Assembly (NCBI GenBank): GCA_036263935.1
Contig: DATARY010000104.1
Coordinates: 14,961-78,960 of the forward strand
Origin: Mycobacterium sp.
GTDB taxonomy: Bacteria > Actinomycetota > Actinomycetes > Mycobacteriales > Mycobacteriaceae
Length of the DNA: 64,000 nt
Direction of reading: 5' to 3'
A program made the translations under genes and the position numbers. Under the pieces are notes generated by a model, which searched no databases, had not been told where the DNA came from, and worked only from the letters and a program-made list of their open reading frames with translations. Each line of letters opens with the position of its first letter. The first letter of the stretch is position 1. Positions 1 through 10,575 of the stretch are shown here, piece after piece.

Positions 1-1123
1 CTACGGCGGGGCGGGGGTACACGTCACCGAGCTTGTCGCGCAGCTGCGCCATCTGTGTCAGGTCGACGTGCACTGCATGGGTGCACCGCGCCCCGATGTT
101 TACGTGCATCAGCCCGATCCCACTCTGCGGGGCGCCAATCCGGCACTGTCGACGCTGTCCGCGGACCTCAGTATGGTCAACGGCTCGTCGGCGGCCACCG
201 TCGTCCATTCGCACACCTGGTACACGGGTCTGGCCGGGCACCTCTCCGCATTGCTCTACGGCGTCCCGCACGTCCTGACCGCGCATTCACTCGAGCCGAT
301 GCGGCCGTGGAAGGCCGAGCAACTCCGGGGCGGGTATCGGGTGTCGTCGTGGGTCGAGAAGACCGCGATCGAGGCCGCCGAAGCCGTGATCGCGGTCAGC
401 TCCGGCATGCGCGACGACGTGCTGCGCACCTACCCGGCGCTGGACCCGAACCGGGTGCATGTCGTGCGTAACGGGATCGACACGGATGTCTGGCATCCCG
501 TCGAGCCGAAGCCAGGCGAGTCGGTGCTGGAGGATCTCGGCGTCGACGCCGCCCGCCCAATTGTCGCGTTCGTCGGGCGGATCACCCGGCAGAAGGGCGT
601 CGCGCATCTGATCGCGGCGGCGCATCACTTCGCGCCGGACATCCAGCTGGTGCTGTGCGCCGGTGCGCCCGACACCCCGGAAATCGCGGCCGAAGTGACG
701 GCGGCGGTGCAGGAGTTGGCCCGCGCCCGCAGGGGTGTGTTTTGGGTGCGCGAGATGCTGCCGATCGGCAAGATCCGAGAAATACTTTCAGCTGCAACGG
801 TTTTCGTGTGCCCGTCGGTATACGAGCCGTTGGGCATCGTGAACCTTGAGGCGATGGCGTGCGCGACCGCAGTGGTGGCGTCGGACGTTGGTGGCATTCC
901 GGAGGTGGTGTCCGACCATCAAACCGGGCTGCTCGTGCACTACGACGCGGGCAACCCGGCCCAGTTCGAGGCGCGGCTCGGCGACGCGGTCAATGCGCTG
1001 GTGGCCGATCCGGAGCGGGCCCGTCAGTACGGTCGGGCCGGTCGACAGCGCTGCATTCAGGAGTTTTCCTGGGCTCACATCGCCGAGCAGACGCTGGAGA
1101 TCTATCGGAAGGTGTCCTCGTGA
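1..1123 (+). CDS. glgA: GT4 glycosyltransferase, alpha-maltose-1-phosphate synthase GlgM/GlgA (Rv1212c ortholog), 5'-truncated by window
   Basis: HSHTWY, FVGRITRQKG and YEPLGIVNLEAMAC GT4 motifs; frame open to window start. Confidence 0.93.
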   Translation, partial: YGGAGVHVTELVAQLRHLCQVDVHCMGAPRPDVYVHQPDPTLRGANPALSTLSADLSMVNGSSAATVVHSHTWYTGLAGHLSALLYGVPHVLTAHSLEPMRPWKAEQLRGGYRVSSWVEKTAIEAAEAVIAVSSGMRDDVLRTYPALDPNRVHVVRNGIDTDVWHPVEPKPGESVLEDLGVDAARPIVAFVGRITRQKGVAHLIAAAHHFAPDIQLVLCAGAPDTPEIAAEVTAAVQELARARRGVFWVREMLPIGKIREILSAATVFVCPSVYEPLGIVNLEAMACATAVVASDVGGIPEVVSDHQTGLLVHYDAGNPAQFEARLGDAVNALVADPERARQYGRAGRQRCIQEFSWAHIAEQTLEIYRKVSS

Positions 1124-1132
1124 GGGACTTCA

Positions 1133-1300
1133 CTAGCTGGTGACGCCCTTGAGCTCGTCGCCGAGCGCGGCCGCTTCTTCTGGGGTGAGTTCGACGACGA
1201 GTCGCCCGCCGCCCTCAAGTGGTACCCGCATCACGATGCCGCGCCCCTCCTTGGTTGCTTCCAGTGGACCGTCGCCGGTCCGGGGCTTCATCGCCGCCAT
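1133..1300 (-). CDS. DUF3117 family small protein (Rv1211-like)
   Basis: MAAMKPRTGDGPLEATKEGRGIVMRVPLEGGGRLVVEL; GGAGGGAG RBS upstream of ATG 1300. Confidence 0.9.
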   Translation of the reverse strand: MAAMKPRTGDGPLEATKEGRGIVMRVPLEGGGRLVVELTPEEAAALGDELKGVTS

Positions 1301-1361
1301 CGAGTGCTCCCTCCACATGAGCCATGAGCCGGCCCGCCCAGCGGGCCTACCGATCTCGCCT

Positions 1362-2012
1362 CTATTGTTCCTTATCCGCTGGGTTAGGTGTGCAAAGACC
1401 CGGCCATGACCGTCCATCCGGCGCGCCATCGATCGTCGGAACCCAGCAGTCCGCGGTATGGTCGTCGACCATTCCGCTGGCCTGCATCAACGCGTAGGCG
1501 GTGGTCGGCCCGACGAATCGGAAGCCACGCCGCTTCAGTTCCTTGGCCATCGCGGTGGATTCGGGGCTAACCGCCGGCACCTCGGACAGGTCCGCGGGCC
1601 GCGGGCGCGGCGGCGGGGCGAACGACCATAGCAACTCGCCGAGGTCGACGTCGAGGTCGGCCACCGCACGCGCGTTGACGATCGTCGCCTCGATCTTCGC
1701 GCGGTTGCGGACGATTCCGGTGTCGGCCATCAACCGTGCGATATCGCGCTCGGTGTATCGGGCGATGCGCCCGATGTCGAACCCGTGGAAGGCGCGGCGG
1801 AAGTTCTCCCGCTTGCGCAGGATGATCAGCCACGACAGCCCGCTCTGGAATGCCTCGAGACTGATGCGCTCGAACAACGCGGCCGAGCCTCGCAGCGGCC
1901 TGCCCCACTCGGTGTCGTGGTAGTCGCGATAAAGGATGAAATCCGCTGGCGCCAAACGTGATCCGTCTATCCATGCGCAGCGGATGCGTCCATCGTCGGG
2001 CGCGACCGTCAT
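1362..2012 (-). CDS. tagA: DNA-3-methyladenine glycosylase I
   Basis: YHDTEWG, LEAFQSGLSW, IVRNRAKI, FVGPTTAYALMQASGMVDDH. Confidence 0.93.
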   Translation of the reverse strand: MTVAPDDGRIRCAWIDGSRLAPADFILYRDYHDTEWGRPLRGSAALFERISLEAFQSGLSWLIILRKRENFRRAFHGFDIGRIARYTERDIARLMADTGIVRNRAKIEATIVNARAVADLDVDLGELLWSFAPPPRPRPADLSEVPAVSPESTAMAKELKRRGFRFVGPTTAYALMQASGMVDDHTADCWVPTIDGAPDGRSWPGLCTPNPADKEQ

Positions 2013-2377
2013 GCGTCGTCCTCCGACGGCTTCGCATGCGCACCGTCCCCCGCGGGCTCGATGGCCTCCTCGAAGTCCTCGTCGACACCGTGCGCCGCGC
2101 CCACCGCCGCAAGCTGACCACGCAGCAGGTCGAGCTCCTGACCCAACCGGTCGAGTACCCAGTCCACCTCACTGGTCTTGTAGCCGCGCACCGTCTGGGT
2201 GAACTTGACGGCGTCGACGTCGGCGCCCGTCACGCCGGAGGCGGGCAACACCGTCGCGGTGGTGGCACGCGGCAGCGGCGGCAACGGCTCGCCCCGGCCG
2301 AACAGCACGCTGCCGAGGCCGAACAGAACGATGCCCACCAGGATCAGGACAACCAGGTACAACAGGACCAAGGTCAC
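2009..2377 (-). CDS. DivIVA-domain membrane protein (Rv1209-like)
   Basis: N-terminal TM helix; VKFTQTVRGYKTSEVDWVLD DivIVA motif; synteny. Confidence 0.88.
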   Translation of the reverse strand: MTLVLLYLVVLILVGIVLFGLGSVLFGRGEPLPPLPRATTATVLPASGVTGADVDAVKFTQTVRGYKTSEVDWVLDRLGQELDLLRGQLAAVGAAHGVDEDFEEAIEPAGDGAHAKPSEDDA

Positions 2378-2410
2378 GCCTCGATATTGCCCGACGGCGC
2401 CGACAGGTTG

Positions 2411-3361
2411 CTATCCGCGGGGCCGCAGCGTGATCATCGGCGGACGGTCGTCGAGCGAAACCCCCGACGTGCGCGGGCTGTAACCGTCGCCGTCGGCGAA
2501 GAACTGCGTGAGGCCCACCCCGGAGTCCGGAATGCCGCAGCGCGACAAGAGCGTAGCGATGACCTGGCGGCTCATCGACGCGAGTTCGGTCAGCGGCCGG
2601 TTGCGGTGCGACCGCACCCCCAGGTTCACCTGGGCGATCGCGTCGAGACCGAGGCGGTCGTAGGTGTCGACCAGCAGACCGATCTCCACGCCGTAGCCAG
2701 GCGCGAACGGGACGGAGGTGAGCAGTTCGCGGGTGCCGGCGTACTCACCGCCGAGGGGCTGCAGGAGGCAGCTCAGCTCGGGCCGCAGCGCCGCCAGCAA
2801 GGGGCGCGCGACGAGCTCGGTCACCCTGCCGCCGCCGTTGGCATCCTCGCTGCCGCTGACCCTCAGCGGGCGCCGGTAGAAGCCCTTGACCAGATGCACG
2901 CCCGCGGTGGTGAGCAGCGGTCCGAGCAATTTGGGCACGAACATCGGGTGGGGATCGATCAGATCGGAGTCGACGAACACGACGATGTCGCCGATGGTGG
3001 CCGCCAGCGAACGCCACAGCACCTCACCCTTGCCGGGCTGCGGCTCGACCTCTGGCAGCGCGACCTCGCGACTGACCACCCGGGCGCCGGCCGCGACCGC
3101 GCGGATCTCGGTGTCGTCGGTGGAGCCGGAGTCCAGCACGATCAGCTCGTCGACGAGCCCGCCGAGAAGCGGTGTGATGCTGTCGACGACGGTTCCGACG
3201 GTCTCTTCCTCGTTCAGCGCGGGAAGCACCACGGAGACCGTGCGACCGGCCTTGGCAGCCTCGAGTTCGCCGATCGTCCACGTCGGCCGATTCCAGCTGT
3301 GGTCGACCAGCCACCGCCCGGTGATGACATCAGTGCCGGGCAATTCGGGTACCAGTGTCAT
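2411..3361 (-). CDS. gpgS: Glucosyl-3-phosphoglycerate synthase
   Basis: VVLPALNEE, GKGEVLW, DSD, GGRVTELVARP, HRNR; ATGA overlap with folP2. Confidence 0.95.
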   Translation of the reverse strand: MTLVPELPGTDVITGRWLVDHSWNRPTWTIGELEAAKAGRTVSVVLPALNEEETVGTVVDSITPLLGGLVDELIVLDSGSTDDTEIRAVAAGARVVSREVALPEVEPQPGKGEVLWRSLAATIGDIVVFVDSDLIDPHPMFVPKLLGPLLTTAGVHLVKGFYRRPLRVSGSEDANGGGRVTELVARPLLAALRPELSCLLQPLGGEYAGTRELLTSVPFAPGYGVEIGLLVDTYDRLGLDAIAQVNLGVRSHRNRPLTELASMSRQVIATLLSRCGIPDSGVGLTQFFADGDGYSPRTSGVSLDDRPPMITLRPRG

Positions 3362-4242
3362 GCGAGCCCCCTCACCGTGCGCGTTGGCGGGCGCACGCCC
3401 TGGATCGACGCGACCATTTCCAGCACGCGTCGCGTTGGCCCCACCTCATGCACGCGGAACATCGCGGCCCCGTCCGCGGCGGCCAGGGCGGTCGCAGCCA
3501 GGGTGCCTTCGAGGCGTTCGGTCAGGCCCACACCGAGAGTCTCCCCGACGAAGTCTTTGTTGCTGAGTGCCATCAGGACAGGCCATCCAGTTTTTACAAG
3601 GTCTTTTACGTGGCGCAACAAACTAAGACCGTGGTAAGTGTTCTTGCCAAAATCATGCGTCGGATCGACGAGTACGGCGCTTCGCGCCACCCCGAGCGCC
3701 ACCGCGCGTTCGGCCGCCGCGGTCACCTCGGCGATCACGTCGTCGACGACGCCCCGCTCCGACGTGCCGTAATTGACGCGGAACGGGCGCGTCCGCGGCG
3801 CAGCGCCGCCGGTGTGCGAGCACACAAGCCCCGCCCCGAACTCGGCGGCGACCTCGGCCAGACCCGGGTCAGCGCCGCCCCACGTGTCGTTGATCATGTC
3901 GGCGCCCGCCGCGCAGGCCTGTTTGGCCACCTCCGAGCGCCAGGTGTCGACGCTGATCAGCTGGTCCGGGTAGGCGCCGCGGAGCCACTCAATGAACGGC
4001 ACCACCCGGGCGATCTCCTCGTCGACCTCGACCGAGCTGCCGGGTCCGGCCTTCACTCCCCCCACGTCCACGACGTCGGCGCCGTCTTCGATCACCCGGT
4101 GCGCAGCCGCCATGGCGGCCTCGTCGGTGAAGGTCACGCCGCGGTCGTAGAACGAGTCCGGGGTCCGGTTCACGATCGCCATGATCAGCGCGCGATCACC
4201 GGCCACCGGGCGGCCGCAGAATGTCGACTGCACGCCTTCCAT
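3358..4242 (-). CDS. folP2: Dihydropteroate synthase-like protein FolP2
   Basis: IVNRTPDSFYD, ISVDTW, DPTHDFGK, SNKDF, FRVHEV. Confidence 0.93.
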   Translation of the reverse strand: MEGVQSTFCGRPVAGDRALIMAIVNRTPDSFYDRGVTFTDEAAMAAAHRVIEDGADVVDVGGVKAGPGSSVEVDEEIARVVPFIEWLRGAYPDQLISVDTWRSEVAKQACAAGADMINDTWGGADPGLAEVAAEFGAGLVCSHTGGAAPRTRPFRVNYGTSERGVVDDVIAEVTAAAERAVALGVARSAVLVDPTHDFGKNTYHGLSLLRHVKDLVKTGWPVLMALSNKDFVGETLGVGLTERLEGTLAATALAAADGAAMFRVHEVGPTRRVLEMVASIQGVRPPTRTVRGLA

Positions 4243-4269
4243 AGTGCCTGGTCGCCCAGGGACGCGATG

Positions 4270-6051
4270 TCAGCCCTTCGGCCGCTTACCCGCCGCCACT
4301 TCGCCTGGGTACCCGTCGTAGAAGGGGACATAGCCCTCGTCACGTCCGGCCAGCACGTACAACGGGTCCTTCACATCCGGGCCGTAGCCTTGCTTGCGCA
4401 GATCCACCTTCTGGCTCTTGAACGTCGACGTGTGGGCGAGCTCACCGACCACCCGGGCGAACAGTGGCACCGCGTAGCCGGGCAGCCGCTCGTAGGCCGC
4501 CTTGGCCAGCTCCTTACCGTCGAACTCCGCGCCGTCCTTCAGCTGGATCGCGACCATCCCGGCCCGGCCACCGGTCCCTGGCACCTCGACGCCGAACACG
4601 GTGGCTTCCTCGATCTGCGGGTCGGTCGAGACCGCCGCCTCGACCTCGGTGGTGGCGACGTTCTCGCCCTTCCACCGGAAGGTGTCGCCCAGCCGGTCCG
4701 CGAACGCCGCATGCCCGAAGCCCTGTGAGCGCATCAGGTCACCGGTGTTGAACCACACGTCGCCGTCACGAAAAGCGTTGCGCACCAACTTCTTTTCGGT
4801 GGCCTCTTTGTCGGTGTAGCCGTCGAACGGCTGAAAACTGCTGACCTTGGACAGCAGCAGCCCGGGCTCGCCGGTCTTGACCTTGCGCAGCCGGCCGTCC
4901 GGGCCCCGCAGCGGCTCGCCGGTGTCCGTGTCGTACTCGACGAACGCCACCGGTGTCGGGCAGATACCGGTCGACTTGTCGATGTTGAGGATGTTGACGA
5001 AGGCGGTGTTGCCCTCACTCGCGCCGTAGAACTCGCAGACCCGCGGGATGCCGAACCGCTCGGTGAACTCGTCCCAGATCGCGGGTCGCAGGCCGTTGCC
5101 GACGATCACCCGGACCTTGTGCTGACGATCGGTGGGCTTGGGCGGCTGGCTGAGCAGGTATCCGCAGATCTCGCCGATGTACACGAACGCGGTCGCACCG
5201 ACGGCGATCACGTCATCCCAGAACCGCGACGCGGAGAACGACGCGCCGAGGGCTAGCGTCGCGCCCGCGTTGATCACGGAGCCGAGCGCGACGGTCAGCG
5301 CGTTGTTGTGGTACAGCGGCAGGCAGCAGTACAGGACGTCGTCGCTGTGTAGCCGCAGGCCGAGTCCGCCGAACCCGGCCAGCGCCCGCAGCCAGCGGTA
5401 ATGCGTCATCACACTGGCCTTGGGCAGCCCGGTGGTGCCCGAGGTGAAGATGTAGAACGCCTTGTCCTTGGCCAGCACCGCTGAGGTCGTCGCCGGGTTG
5501 CCCGTGGGTGCGGTGGCAGCCAGCCGCTCCAGTTCCTCGACCGTCATCAGCCCGGCGGTGTCTGCTCCGCTGGCGTTGATCGGCTCAACGAGGTCGGTTT
5601 CGGCGACGATGACCTTGGCCGACAGCAGCCCGATGCTGTGCTTGAGCACGTTGTCGCGCTGGTGGTAGTTGAGCATTCCGGCGATGGCGCCGCACTTGAC
5701 CACCGCCAGCGTCAGCAGCACCGCGTTCGGTGAGTTGCGGAGCATGGCCCCGACGACGTCGCCATGACCGACCCCGCGTGCGGCCAGCACGGCGGCGTAG
5801 CGGTTCACGGTCTCGTTGGCCTGCCGGTAGGTCAGCTGCTCATCGCCGAACTTGATGAACACCCTGTCGGCGTAGCGGGCCGCGCGTTCCTGGAACACCT
5901 TGCCGATCGACGTCTTGGCCGTCGGACGGGCCATGAACCCGGTCAACGCGCCGCGCAGCATCACCGGCGCGTCTAGCAACAGGCCCGGCACCCGAACGGC
6001 GATGTCGAGCAATCCGACCCTGCTACGGACGCCCGAATTCTGGTCGGTCAT
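4270..6051 (-). CDS. fadD6: Long-chain acyl-CoA synthetase (FATP-like)
   Basis: YIFTSGTTGLPKA, DRLGDTFRWKGENV; synteny with Rv1206. Confidence 0.92.
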   Translation of the reverse strand: MTDQNSGVRSRVGLLDIAVRVPGLLLDAPVMLRGALTGFMARPTAKTSIGKVFQERAARYADRVFIKFGDEQLTYRQANETVNRYAAVLAARGVGHGDVVGAMLRNSPNAVLLTLAVVKCGAIAGMLNYHQRDNVLKHSIGLLSAKVIVAETDLVEPINASGADTAGLMTVEELERLAATAPTGNPATTSAVLAKDKAFYIFTSGTTGLPKASVMTHYRWLRALAGFGGLGLRLHSDDVLYCCLPLYHNNALTVALGSVINAGATLALGASFSASRFWDDVIAVGATAFVYIGEICGYLLSQPPKPTDRQHKVRVIVGNGLRPAIWDEFTERFGIPRVCEFYGASEGNTAFVNILNIDKSTGICPTPVAFVEYDTDTGEPLRGPDGRLRKVKTGEPGLLLSKVSSFQPFDGYTDKEATEKKLVRNAFRDGDVWFNTGDLMRSQGFGHAAFADRLGDTFRWKGENVATTEVEAAVSTDPQIEEATVFGVEVPGTGGRAGMVAIQLKDGAEFDGKELAKAAYERLPGYAVPLFARVVGELAHTSTFKSQKVDLRKQGYGPDVKDPLYVLAGRDEGYVPFYDGYPGEVAAGKRPKG

Positions 6052-6111
6052 GCGGTGAGCCCCCTCCGGTGTTCGGTGTCGAACACACCCTAACGGCGTG
6101 CGTGACCGCGA

Positions 6112-6672
6112 TCACGCGGCCGGTGCGCACACCGCCATCGCCGCATCGACGTCGTCGACCACGACCAATCGGTCCATCGCGGTCTCGCTGACGTAGCCGC
6201 TGTCGACCAAGCCGTACAGCCAGGCCAAGAGGCCCTGGTAGTGCCCGATCGGATCGAGCATGACCACGGGTTTGTCGTGCATGCCCAGATACCCGGCGGT
6301 CCATGCCTCGAAGAACTCCTCGAGCGTGCCGATGCCGCCCGGCAGCGCGATGAACGCGTCCGCGCGGTGTTCCATCACCTGTTTCCGCTCGCGCATGGTG
6401 TCGGTGACGATCAGCTCGTCGGCGTCGGTGTCGGCCAGCTCGCGGTGCACAAGCGCCTTGGGGATGACGCCCACCGTTCGCCCGCCGCGGGCCCGGGCTG
6501 TGGTGGCCAGTGCGCCCATCGCCGAGACATTGCCGCCGCCGGACACCAGCGTCCAACCGCGCTGGGCGATCGCCTCACCGACCTGGCCGGCCAGCGTGAG
6601 CAAGTCCGGATGGGTCGGCCCGGACGCGCAGTAGACGCAGACCGCCCACTCGCGGTCGGTGTTGGCGGACAC
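6112..6672 (-). CDS. log: LOG family cytokinin riboside 5'-monophosphate phosphoribohydrolase (Rv1205-like)
   Basis: VYCAS, MRERK, PGGIGTLEE. Confidence 0.92.
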   Translation of the reverse strand: MSANTDREWAVCVYCASGPTHPDLLTLAGQVGEAIAQRGWTLVSGGGNVSAMGALATTARARGGRTVGVIPKALVHRELADTDADELIVTDTMRERKQVMEHRADAFIALPGGIGTLEEFFEAWTAGYLGMHDKPVVMLDPIGHYQGLLAWLYGLVDSGYVSETAMDRLVVVDDVDAAMAVCAPAA

Positions 6673-6781
6673 ACCAACAACCTAAACGAGTCCGCCCGCG
6701 TACGGCCTTCGGCTTGCTTCGCGTCGGGTTCGCGCAGTGCCTCCTGGCCGCCACCGAGTCATCCTGCTGTTAACTGAGGTG

Positions 6782-8896
6782 ATGGCGATCTCAGCCGCCA
6801 CGCCGAAGTGGGTGACAGCCCAGCCCGAACCGGTGCTCGCAACGCTTGAAACGAGCCTGCGAGACCGGGTCGGCGCGGTACTGGTCGGCCCTCAGGGAGT
6901 GGGTAAGACGTCGCTGGCACGGGCCGCGGCGGAGCGGCTAGCGTCGCAATTCGGCCGCATTGACTGGGTCATCGCGACGGCGCCGTCGGCCGTGGTCCCG
7001 TTCGCCGCCTTCAGCCACCTGGTCGAGATACCGGACGTCGGCAAGACCGCTGCGTTGTTGCGGACCGCCCGCGAGGCGTTGGCGGACGGGCGACTGCTGA
7101 TTGTCGATGACGCGCACCTGCTGGACAAGCTGTCCGCGGCGCTGGTCTACCAGCTCGCGGTCAGCGGTGGAGCGAAGGTGATCGTCACGGTCGCGTCGGG
7201 TGCCGGTGTGCCAGACGAGATCTCTGCGCTGTGGCGAGACGACCTGCTCGGCCGGATCGACGTAGATCCGCCGGGCCATGACGACAGCCGGCTTTCCACC
7301 CAGGTCGGGGAGTTCGTCGCGGCGCTTCCCGCAGCCGCGCATGGGGTGCTTGAGTACTTGGCCGTCGAAGATCCCCTGCCGCTCAACGACATTGCGGAGC
7401 TGACCGGGCGCGAAGCGGTAGCTGCCGCCGAAGCGGCGGGTGCCGTCGTCGTTGGCGACGACGTGCGCCCTGCACACCCGTTGTATGTGGATGCCGTGCG
7501 GAACGCGCTCGGTGGGCCGGAGCTACGCCGGCTGCGCACGGAGCTGGCTGACCGCCTGGCCGGAAGGCCTCATGGCGGCGTCGTTGACCGGCTGCGGCTG
7601 GCGGCGCTTGCGCTCGACAGCGACAGCCCGCAGTCGCTGGCCGATGTGCAGGCCGCCGCCGAAGAGGCGCTGCGGCTGGGCGATTTGATGCTCAGTGAAC
7701 GGCTTGGCCGGGCGGCGGTGGGGCGCGGCGGCGGTCTGGCTGCCCGGTTGACATTGGGCTACGCACTGGCATGGCGGGGCTGTGGACGCGATGCCGACGA
7801 GGTGCTCGGCGCGGTCGATCCGTCGGCTCTGTCGGAACCCGAGCTGATGGTGTGGGCGCTGCCGCGGGCGGCCAATCAGTTCTGGATGCTGTCCGAGCCG
7901 GAGCGGGCCACCGCGTTTCTGCTGGCGACCCGCAACAGGGTGTCGTCACCGGCGGCGCAAACCACGCTGGACGCGTTGTCGGCGACGTTCGCGATGAATG
8001 CGGGCAGCCCCAGCCGCGCGAAGGAGCTCGCCGACGAGGTGCTCGCGTCTCCGTCAGCAGACGACACAGCGGTGGGCTGGGCGGCTGCCGCAGCCGCGTT
8101 GAGCTCGGCTCGGATGGGCCGGTTCGGCGAGGTCGACGCGCTGGCCGAGCGGGCGATCGCCGCCGGGCATCCAGGGCTGCTGCGGTTCACCAGCGGGTTC
8201 GGCCAGACCACCGCACTGGTGATGGCCGGTGAGCTGGACGCGGCGCAGGCACTCGGGCAACAGCTGACCGACTTCGCGCAGCTGCAGCAGCCCGGCCGCG
8301 CGATCGGCGAGGTCTTGGTGGCCGACGTGCTGATCGCCAAGGGCGAGCTGGATTCCGCGGTGACGCTTTTGCGGCGCGCTGCGGCGGCGCTGGCGCCGAC
8401 GGGGTATTCGTGGGGACCGCTCGCGTGGATGCTGCTCGCCCGGGCGCTTGGGCAGATGGGTGAAACGGCCGAGGCGGGAAGGGTTTTGGCCCGCGCGGAA
8501 TCTCGACACGGCTTGAAGTCGATGCTGTTTGCGCCGGAACTCGCGCTGGCGCGGGCATGGATAAGGTCGGCGCGGCGCGACCCGCACGGCGCGGTGGCCG
8601 CCACCCGCGAAGCGGCCCGCGCCGCCGAACGCGGCGGCCAGTCGGCCATGGCCCTGCGCGCGCTGCTCGACGCGGTGCGACTCGGCGACATCCGGGCCGC
8701 CGACGGCATCGCGCGACTCAGCGCCGACGTCGACTGCGTACTGGCCCGGTTGTCGCTGGGCTACGGCCGCGCCCTGATCACCGGCGACAGCGATGGACTG
8801 GACAAGGCGGCAGCCGGATTCGCGGCAATCGGCATGCAGCGGGTGGCGGCCGACGCGTCGGCTCAGGCGGCCAAGGCCCGCGCGGAGTCGTCCTAA
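6782..8896 (+). CDS. P-loop ATPase with helical-repeat C-terminus (Rv1204c-like)
   Basis: Walker A GPQGVGKT, Walker B LLIVDDAH, Ala-rich helical region; no obvious LuxR HTH; start uncertain. Confidence 0.8.
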   Translation: MAISAATPKWVTAQPEPVLATLETSLRDRVGAVLVGPQGVGKTSLARAAAERLASQFGRIDWVIATAPSAVVPFAAFSHLVEIPDVGKTAALLRTAREALADGRLLIVDDAHLLDKLSAALVYQLAVSGGAKVIVTVASGAGVPDEISALWRDDLLGRIDVDPPGHDDSRLSTQVGEFVAALPAAAHGVLEYLAVEDPLPLNDIAELTGREAVAAAEAAGAVVVGDDVRPAHPLYVDAVRNALGGPELRRLRTELADRLAGRPHGGVVDRLRLAALALDSDSPQSLADVQAAAEEALRLGDLMLSERLGRAAVGRGGGLAARLTLGYALAWRGCGRDADEVLGAVDPSALSEPELMVWALPRAANQFWMLSEPERATAFLLATRNRVSSPAAQTTLDALSATFAMNAGSPSRAKELADEVLASPSADDTAVGWAAAAAALSSARMGRFGEVDALAERAIAAGHPGLLRFTSGFGQTTALVMAGELDAAQALGQQLTDFAQLQQPGRAIGEVLVADVLIAKGELDSAVTLLRRAAAALAPTGYSWGPLAWMLLARALGQMGETAEAGRVLARAESRHGLKSMLFAPELALARAWIRSARRDPHGAVAATREAARAAERGGQSAMALRALLDAVRLGDIRAADGIARLSADVDCVLARLSLGYGRALITGDSDGLDKAAAGFAAIGMQRVAADASAQAAKARAESS

Positions 8897-10497
8897 AGCG
8901 TAAGCAACTCGCCGTCCGCGAGCCGCAGTCGTCGATCGACCCCGATCTCGCCGAGGATCCGCTCGTCGTGGCTGACCACCACGAATGCGCCCTGGTAGGC
9001 GTTCAGCGCGGACGCGAGCTGACCGACGCTGACCAGATCGAGATTGTTGGTCGGTTCATCGAGCAACAACAGATGCGGGGCCGGCTCGGCGTAAAGGACG
9101 CACGCCAGCGTCGCGCGCAGGCGCTCGCCGCCGGACAACGCCGCGACCGGCAGGTGAACCCTGTTGCCGCGGAAAAGGAATTGTGCAAGCAGATGCATGC
9201 GCCGGGTCTCGGACAGGCTGGGCGTGAACGCCGCGAGGCCTTCCGCGACGGTGCATCCGGGGTCGAGAAGGTCAAGCCGTTGTGATAGGTATGCAACGCG
9301 ACCCTCGGCGCGCTGGATCGTGCCCTTGTCCGGTGCCACGCCCTCGATGATGCGTAGCAAGGTTGACTTTCCTGCCCCGTTGGGTCCGGTCAGCGCGATG
9401 CGCTGGGGACCGCGTACGGCCAGGTCGACGCCGGCGAAAAGCCAACGGCCGCCGCGCTTTGCCGCCAATCCCTCAGCTGTGACCAGCGTGCGACCGGCGG
9501 GCACCTTGGTGTCAGGCAGGTCAAGGACCACCGTGTCGTCGTCGCGCAGCGCGCGTTCGGCGTCGTCGAGCCGTGCTCTGGCATCGCTGACGCGTGCGGC
9601 GTGCACGTCGTCGGAACGGCCGGCCGATCCTTGTGCCCGCCGCTTCATCGCGCCCGCGATGATCTTCGGCAGGCCGGCGTCCTTGACGCTGCGGGCGGCG
9701 GTGCCGGCACGGCGTGCGGCGCGTTCTCGAGCCTGCTGACGCTGGCGCTTCTCGCGCTTGAGTTGCTGTTCGGCGTTGCGGACGTTGTCCTCCGCTACTT
9801 GTTGCGCGTGTCCGACAGCCTCCTCGTACATCGCGAAATTGCCTCCATAGAAGAGGATTTCGCGGTGATGCAGCTCCGCGATGCGATCCATCCGGTCCAG
9901 CAGCTCGCGATCATGGCTGACGAGCAGCAGGCAGCCGGCAAACTCGTCAAGCGCATCGTAGAGCTTGCGGCGGGCGTCGATGTCGAGGTTGTTGGTCGGC
10001 TCGTCGAGCAGCAGGACATCGGGCCGCTTCAGCAACTGGGCAGCCAGCCCGAGGGACACCACCTCGCCGCCGGACAGCGAGCCGAGCCGTCGGTCTAGCG
10101 CGATGTGGCCGAGGCCGAGGCGGTCGAGCTGCGCGCGGGTGCGGTCCTCGATGTCCCACTCCTCGCCGATCGCGGCGAATACGTCGTCGCGGGTGTCACC
10201 GGTGGCCAGCGCGTTCAATGCGTCGATGACCGGTCTCACGCCGAGCACGTCAGCGACGCTGCGGTCGACGACGAACGGCAGAGTCTGCGGCAAGTAGCCA
10301 AGGACTCCGTCGACGGTCGCCGATCCGCCGGTGGGCGTGTATTCGCCCGAAATCAGCTTGAGCAGCGTGCTCTTGCCAGCTCCGTTGGGGGCGACCAGGC
10401 CGACGCGACCGTCACCGACGGTGAACGACAGGTCGGTTAACAACGGCGCGTCGTTGGGCCAGGCGAACGACAGATTCGAGGCAACGATAGAAGACAT
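8893..10497 (-). CDS. ABC-F family ATPase (possible ribosome protection protein)
   Basis: Two NBDs (APNGAGKS/GPNGAGKS, LSGGE, LLLDEPTNNLD x2), no TM segments, long basic interdomain linker. Confidence 0.92.
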   Translation of the reverse strand: MSSIVASNLSFAWPNDAPLLTDLSFTVGDGRVGLVAPNGAGKSTLLKLISGEYTPTGGSATVDGVLGYLPQTLPFVVDRSVADVLGVRPVIDALNALATGDTRDDVFAAIGEEWDIEDRTRAQLDRLGLGHIALDRRLGSLSGGEVVSLGLAAQLLKRPDVLLLDEPTNNLDIDARRKLYDALDEFAGCLLLVSHDRELLDRMDRIAELHHREILFYGGNFAMYEEAVGHAQQVAEDNVRNAEQQLKREKRQRQQARERAARRAGTAARSVKDAGLPKIIAGAMKRRAQGSAGRSDDVHAARVSDARARLDDAERALRDDDTVVLDLPDTKVPAGRTLVTAEGLAAKRGGRWLFAGVDLAVRGPQRIALTGPNGAGKSTLLRIIEGVAPDKGTIQRAEGRVAYLSQRLDLLDPGCTVAEGLAAFTPSLSETRRMHLLAQFLFRGNRVHLPVAALSGGERLRATLACVLYAEPAPHLLLLDEPTNNLDLVSVGQLASALNAYQGAFVVVSHDERILGEIGVDRRLRLADGELLTL

Positions 10498-10548
10498 GCG
10501 AGAGATCTCTCGTACAGCTGCGGACAGGGACGGCTTATCGCTCCGGGA

Positions 10549-10575
10549 TCACTCGGAGATGGTGTCTGTCCACAT
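10549..10575 (-). promoter_or_regulatory. Putative leaderless leader peptide MWTDTISE upstream of ABC-F
   Basis: Minus strand TAACCT (-10, 10587-10582), 6 nt, ATG TGG ACA GAC ACC ATC TCC GAG TGA. Confidence 0.55.

Noticed and set aside
1958-4728. Long plus-strand ORFs (559 aa, 457 aa) and similar antisense ORFs elsewhere (18776-20029, 24104-25621, 31611-33194, 52543-54111)
   Set aside because: Shadow frames opposite well-supported genes; expected in high-GC DNA and lacking family motifs
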